A stretch of DNA of 37,350 bases from a virus (Duplodnaviria > Caudoviricetes), in the IMG/VR virus record IMGVR_UViG_3300032212_000076, positions 1-37,350 of that record. One strand, 5' to 3'. Under the pieces are notes generated by a model. That model was not told the DNA's origin and ran no database searches. It saw only the letters and a program-made list of their open reading frames with translations. Of this stretch, positions 33,638-37,350 are shown in pieces. Made by a program: the position numbers and the translations under genes. The number at the start of each line of letters is the position of its first letter. Within the stretch, counting starts at the first letter, position 1.

Positions 33638-36600
33638 ATGACACCGGTACTCATCAGCATCGAAGCCTTCCGGACACCGACGGCAGAGCGCAAGTTCGTC
33701 TACGTCGGTAGCGCCGCATCGCCAGCCGCCCTTGGTTTGGACGGAAAGAACTGGCATCCGAACATCTCGACGCGCCCGATCATGTCGCTCGAGTTGATGA
33801 GTCCTGATCTCAATGGACGGGTGCAGGCTGGCACATGCCGCTTCGCGTTGGACCTGAACGGCCTTACCGATGAGGATGGTCGCAGCGTTTACAGCGCCAG
33901 CGTGAAGTGGATGGGCGCGCCTGTGGAGGTGTTCCTGCCAACAAATCTATCACTGTCGTCGACACCAGCCTTCAAAGGCCGCGTTTCAGATCGCCGGATA
34001 GATTTAGAGCGCGGGATCCTTTCAATCACCGCCACGGTATCGATCGAATTCCTCGAGGGTAACCTTCTCACAGCAGAATTCAATGGCGACAACGGTTCTG
34101 GCGGTGAGCCAGAGGTTCGCGGAACATTGAAGCCGGCTGGCTTTGGGCCGTGCGAGAACATCCCGCCCGTGTGGTTCGATACCGGACGCTGGATCGGGAT
34201 GATCGATGGCTATGGTAACACAGTCTCGATCGATAAGTTGATGGAGGGCTTGGCCGATCGCGGTGCTGCGGTAGCGGACTATGCTGACTACAATGCTTTG
34301 GCCGGGGCGATTGATGCAGGCGACGTGGCGCCCGGTCGCTGGGCGACATGTGTTGCAGAAGGCTTGATTGGCCTTGGCGCGCCGCCTGAATATCCGATTA
34401 CTGTCAACGCGACCTTTGGGTCAGATCGCATCGGCGCTATCATACAGCGCGTGCTGACGACGCATTTGGGCGTTTCGGCCGGCGACATCGATGCTTCGGC
34501 CTTCACCGCTCTGGACGCGGCTGTGGATAGGCAGGTGCGGTATTGGACAGCGAGCCAGCGACCCGCGCAGGATCTCATCGAAAGCCTTGCAGCCAGTGCG
34601 AACGCGACACCCCTGATCCGTTTTGATGGATTGGTTTCTATCACTCGTGCAGTTGAGAGCGCATCCGTTCTTACTCTCAATCGCGACGGGAACACGTTGC
34701 CGCGCGTCACGGATTGGGAGACGGGTACTCGCGGCGGCCTGCCTTGGCGCATTGCAGCAAAGGTGGCGAAGCCTGCGTCGACACTGGCCTTCGATGAAGT
34801 GTTGTACGAAGACGACATCATCGACCGCGGCCTATACGACAACCTGGTGGTCTACCGGCAAGGCAATGTCGTTTGGTCGGCAGACAAGTCATCGTGGCTC
34901 TACATCAACGCGACACCGGATGAGGGCAATGCGCCGCCTACGTGGCCGACCACGTCAAACACCCACTGGCAGAACCTCACCCCTCCTGTGACTGCCGCTG
35001 ACATCGGTGTAGAAGAGGGCGCAACGGCTGGTGCGCAGACCGGCGTCAACCTCACCGACGCTGGCGACCAGATACTCACTGACAGCGACATCGGGAACGT
35101 CAACGTCACAATAGGCGCCGACGGAACGCTTGCCGGTGCTGGCGGCGGACAGGTCACCATTGTTGGGCTTGGGTATGTCGGCGAGTTGGATGCAACTGCT
35201 GGCGACAACCTAATCCAGAACGGTGAGTTCAGGGACCCGGACACGTCGATGTTTGGCGTTTTGGATGCCAACGTCTCTGTCGTCAACCTGACAACCGATG
35301 ATCCAGCCGCGCGGGGCATTCGTTTTGCTCAAGCTGGAAACGGGACGCTGACCTTCGGGCAAGGCGCCAGCAGCGGTGTCGCGAGTTTCGACGGTAGGTT
35401 GATAGCTGCCACGGCCGGGCAGAAAATATATTTCGCTTTCTTGGCGCGAAAGAACACGGACACCGCATCGTCTGCGCAAATCCGCATGGGCTTTTCTCTG
35501 TTCGCCAATGACGGCGATTATGGAGGCGTCGAGGTTAGCGGTTACGCGACGCTCACCTACGACGCATGGGAATGGCACACCGGCCATCTTGAGGTTGATG
35601 AATTCACAACGGACGGAAAACGCACTGCGATCATCCGGCCCTATCTCCAAAAGGTTGGCACAACCGCCGAAGTTGATGTTGCCGCGATCATCTTGTCTCG
35701 CACCGAGATCGGTGCTGACATTACTGCGAACGACCCGAAGCTCATTACCATCGACCCGGGCGCCCGCGGATCGGAAAACCTAGTCGCGGACCATCGCTTC
35801 ACAGAGGATATTCTTCGCACGTCGAACAGCCCCACACTGTTTACCGATGAGGACATCAATTACATCCGCCTCAACACCGGAGCGACGAACTTCATCACAG
35901 ACACATCTGGTGCCAGTGGCGACGAGAACAATGTACCAATCGTGCCGGGCAAGACCTATCAATGCTCGATAGAGCTTCGCAGTGATGGTGAAAGGCCGCG
36001 GATCAGAGTGCGCCCGCGCGGCTCTGTCAACGGCTCGCCAGTAAATCTCTATGATCCGGGCGGGGCGGGCTTGGATACGGCGGGTCAGTGGCAGGAATTC
36101 ACATACCCGTTCACTGTCCCGATCGGCGCTCACAGTAACATGGAGTTCGGCATTGATCTTGTCGACCTAGCAGGCGGCACGTTCTGTGAGGCTCGCTTGC
36201 CGCGTGTATCAGAGATTGAGCCAGGTGCGACTGATGGCGCTACCATTGGCGACAATCTGCAAGGCACCGGAGGTGTGGTCAGCGAGCCAGATATTCTCAA
36301 TGTGCAGGTCACCATCGGAGCGGACGGTACGCTGGTTGGCGCTGGCGGTGGCCAAGTAACCATTGGCGGGCTGGGCTATCTCGGGGATCTTGACGCTACG
36401 CTCGGCGCCACATGGGGAAATAACGTCTTGAGCATTCCGACAAACCTTGCCGGGTTGGTTGGTACAGAGGGCGTCGACAACAGCCTCATAACCGTTAGCT
36501 CTGACGGCACTCTCAATGGCGCCGGTGGCGGGCAGATTACAGCCGAAGGTCTAGGCGTCGACAGCGATGGCGGCTGGGGCGCTATCATGGAAAACATTGG

Positions 36601-37350
36601 TGAAACCGCCACGATCACCAGCAACAGCTATGAGCGCACAGGCGGCAATTTTGGTAACGTGGGCATCGCCCTCGCGCAGTCACGATGCCGATCTGGCATT
36701 CTTTTCATGAATTTTGATTACACAGCGGGCGATAGCCAGCGCACCCGCATTGGCTTCTACGACGACACCAAGGTGTATGACGGGACCAACCAGGTTGAAG
36801 CGGACATGATCGCCGGCATTCGTCTTGACGATACCAGTGACCGGGTAATGTTTTTCAAGAGCGGCGCTGCCGTAGAAGGGTTCAATAGCTACATCGATGT
36901 CGGCGCAACGGCTGGCACTTGTGCAATCGCATTCGATGGCAAACGGATCGACTGTTATGTCAACGGCACGCTAGAGTTCACAGGTGAGATTGACGAGCAG
37001 TATGAGGGGCGGTTCCTTCGACTTGGTGTCTACACAGAGCAACCAAATCGAGTTCACCACAGCAAGATCGCCGCACAACTAAGCCAAGCGTCGGTTCTTT
37101 GGGAGTTCGCCCGCGGTCTAGGCACACCATCCGATTTTGCCACCAGCAACACGCGGTTGATAACGCTCGGCAATGTCGAGGCATCAGGTTCGAACATCAA
37201 GCTTAACGCCGCCAACATCAATTTCAGCGCGACCGATTATGCTCGGACCATCCCATTCCGGGGCGGCATGCGTATCGCGATGCGGTTGCAGAACGTCGGC
37301 GATCGGCAATACATGATTATGGAAGAGCTTGCCCAACTGGGTAATGACTT
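33638..37350 (+). CDS. tail tip hub fused to a fibre/receptor-binding region, truncated by the window edge
   Basis: Absent from the ORF track. Manual translation from ATG 33638 (MTPVLISIEAF...) stays in one frame wherever checked, to the end. Hub-like RGTLKP.GFG.CENIPP, then Gly-rich repeats and CBM-like starts (NLIQNGEF, NLVADHRF). Confidence 0.85.
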   Translation, partial: MTPVLISIEAFRTPTAERKFVYVGSAASPAALGLDGKNWHPNISTRPIMSLELMSPDLNGRVQAGTCRFALDLNGLTDEDGRSVYSASVKWMGAPVEVFLPTNLSLSSTPAFKGRVSDRRIDLERGILSITATVSIEFLEGNLLTAEFNGDNGSGGEPEVRGTLKPAGFGPCENIPPVWFDTGRWIGMIDGYGNTVSIDKLMEGLADRGAAVADYADYNALAGAIDAGDVAPGRWATCVAEGLIGLGAPPEYPITVNATFGSDRIGAIIQRVLTTHLGVSAGDIDASAFTALDAAVDRQVRYWTASQRPAQDLIESLAASANATPLIRFDGLVSITRAVESASVLTLNRDGNTLPRVTDWETGTRGGLPWRIAAKVAKPASTLAFDEVLYEDDIIDRGLYDNLVVYRQGNVVWSADKSSWLYINATPDEGNAPPTWPTTSNTHWQNLTPPVTAADIGVEEGATAGAQTGVNLTDAGDQILTDSDIGNVNVTIGADGTLAGAGGGQVTIVGLGYVGELDATAGDNLIQNGEFRDPDTSMFGVLDANVSVVNLTTDDPAARGIRFAQAGNGTLTFGQGASSGVASFDGRLIAATAGQKIYFAFLARKNTDTASSAQIRMGFSLFANDGDYGGVEVSGYATLTYDAWEWHTGHLEVDEFTTDGKRTAIIRPYLQKVGTTAEVDVAAIILSRTEIGADITANDPKLITIDPGARGSENLVADHRFTEDILRTSNSPTLFTDEDINYIRLNTGATNFITDTSGASGDENNVPIVPGKTYQCSIELRSDGERPRIRVRPRGSVNGSPVNLYDPGGAGLDTAGQWQEFTYPFTVPIGAHSNMEFGIDLVDLAGGTFCEARLPRVSEIEPGATDGATIGDNLQGTGGVVSEPDILNVQVTIGADGTLVGAGGGQVTIGGLGYLGDLDATLGATWGNNVLSIPTNLAGLVGTEGVDNSLITVSSDGTLNGAGGGQITAEGLGVDSDGGWGAIMENIGETATITSNSYERTGGNFGNVGIALAQSRCRSGILFMNFDYTAGDSQRTRIGFYDDTKVYDGTNQVEADMIAGIRLDDTSDRVMFFKSGAAVEGFNSYIDVGATAGTCAIAFDGKRIDCYVNGTLEFTGEIDEQYEGRFLRLGVYTEQPNRVHHSKIAAQLSQASVLWEFARGLGTPSDFATSNTRLITLGNVEASGSNIKLNAANINFSATDYARTIPFRGGMRIAMRLQNVGDRQYMIMEELAQLGND
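35105..36556 (+). repeat. three protein-level repeats in the tail fibre
   Basis: VTIGADGTLAGAGGGQVTIVGLGYVGELDAT (35105-35197), VTIGADGTLVGAGGGQVTIGGLGYLGDLDAT (36308-36400), ITVSSDGTLNGAGGGQITAEGLG (36488-36556). Confidence 0.9.

Noticed and set aside
35105-36556. Fibre repeats as a diversity-generating retroelement TR/VR pair or a CRISPR array
   Set aside because: Differences are mostly synonymous and not adenine-specific; no reverse transcriptase or repeat-spacer pattern occurs in the window.

Overview
This window is the central ~37 kb of a lambda-like long-tailed (sipho-type) phage or prophage. The host is probably an alphaproteobacterium, possibly Sphingomonadales; this is an inference from the promoter style, a GapR-like protein and the tail architecture. 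Two operons diverge from a ~250-bp control region at ~9935-10193. The leftward arm encodes small hypotheticals, an ASCH protein, RecT, HU, a DnaG primase, a Dam-type methylase, an acyl carrier protein, a PD-(D/E)XK nuclease and a SNF2 helicase that runs off the left edge. The rightward arm is one nearly gap-free run: Cro-like HTH, GapR-like/acidic protein, RuvC-like nuclease, MT-A70 methylase, DnaB, a replication initiator with internal iterons, terminase, lambda-type head genes, tail genes with a -1 frameshifted chaperone, a 1610-aa tape measure and a hub/fibre gene that runs off the right edge. No CI repressor, integrase, Q antiterminator or lysis gene is visible. The most notable signals are four: (1) a structured ~110-nt leader RNA with 19-nt complementarity to the 5' UTR of the major capsid gene 12.5 kb away; (2) a TonB-box-like motif followed by a glycine zipper in the tape measure; (3) strong over-representation of the palindrome GTCGAC; (4) a phage ACP with a 16-aa insertion beside its modifiable serine. 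All calls come from reading motifs by eye; no database search was run.
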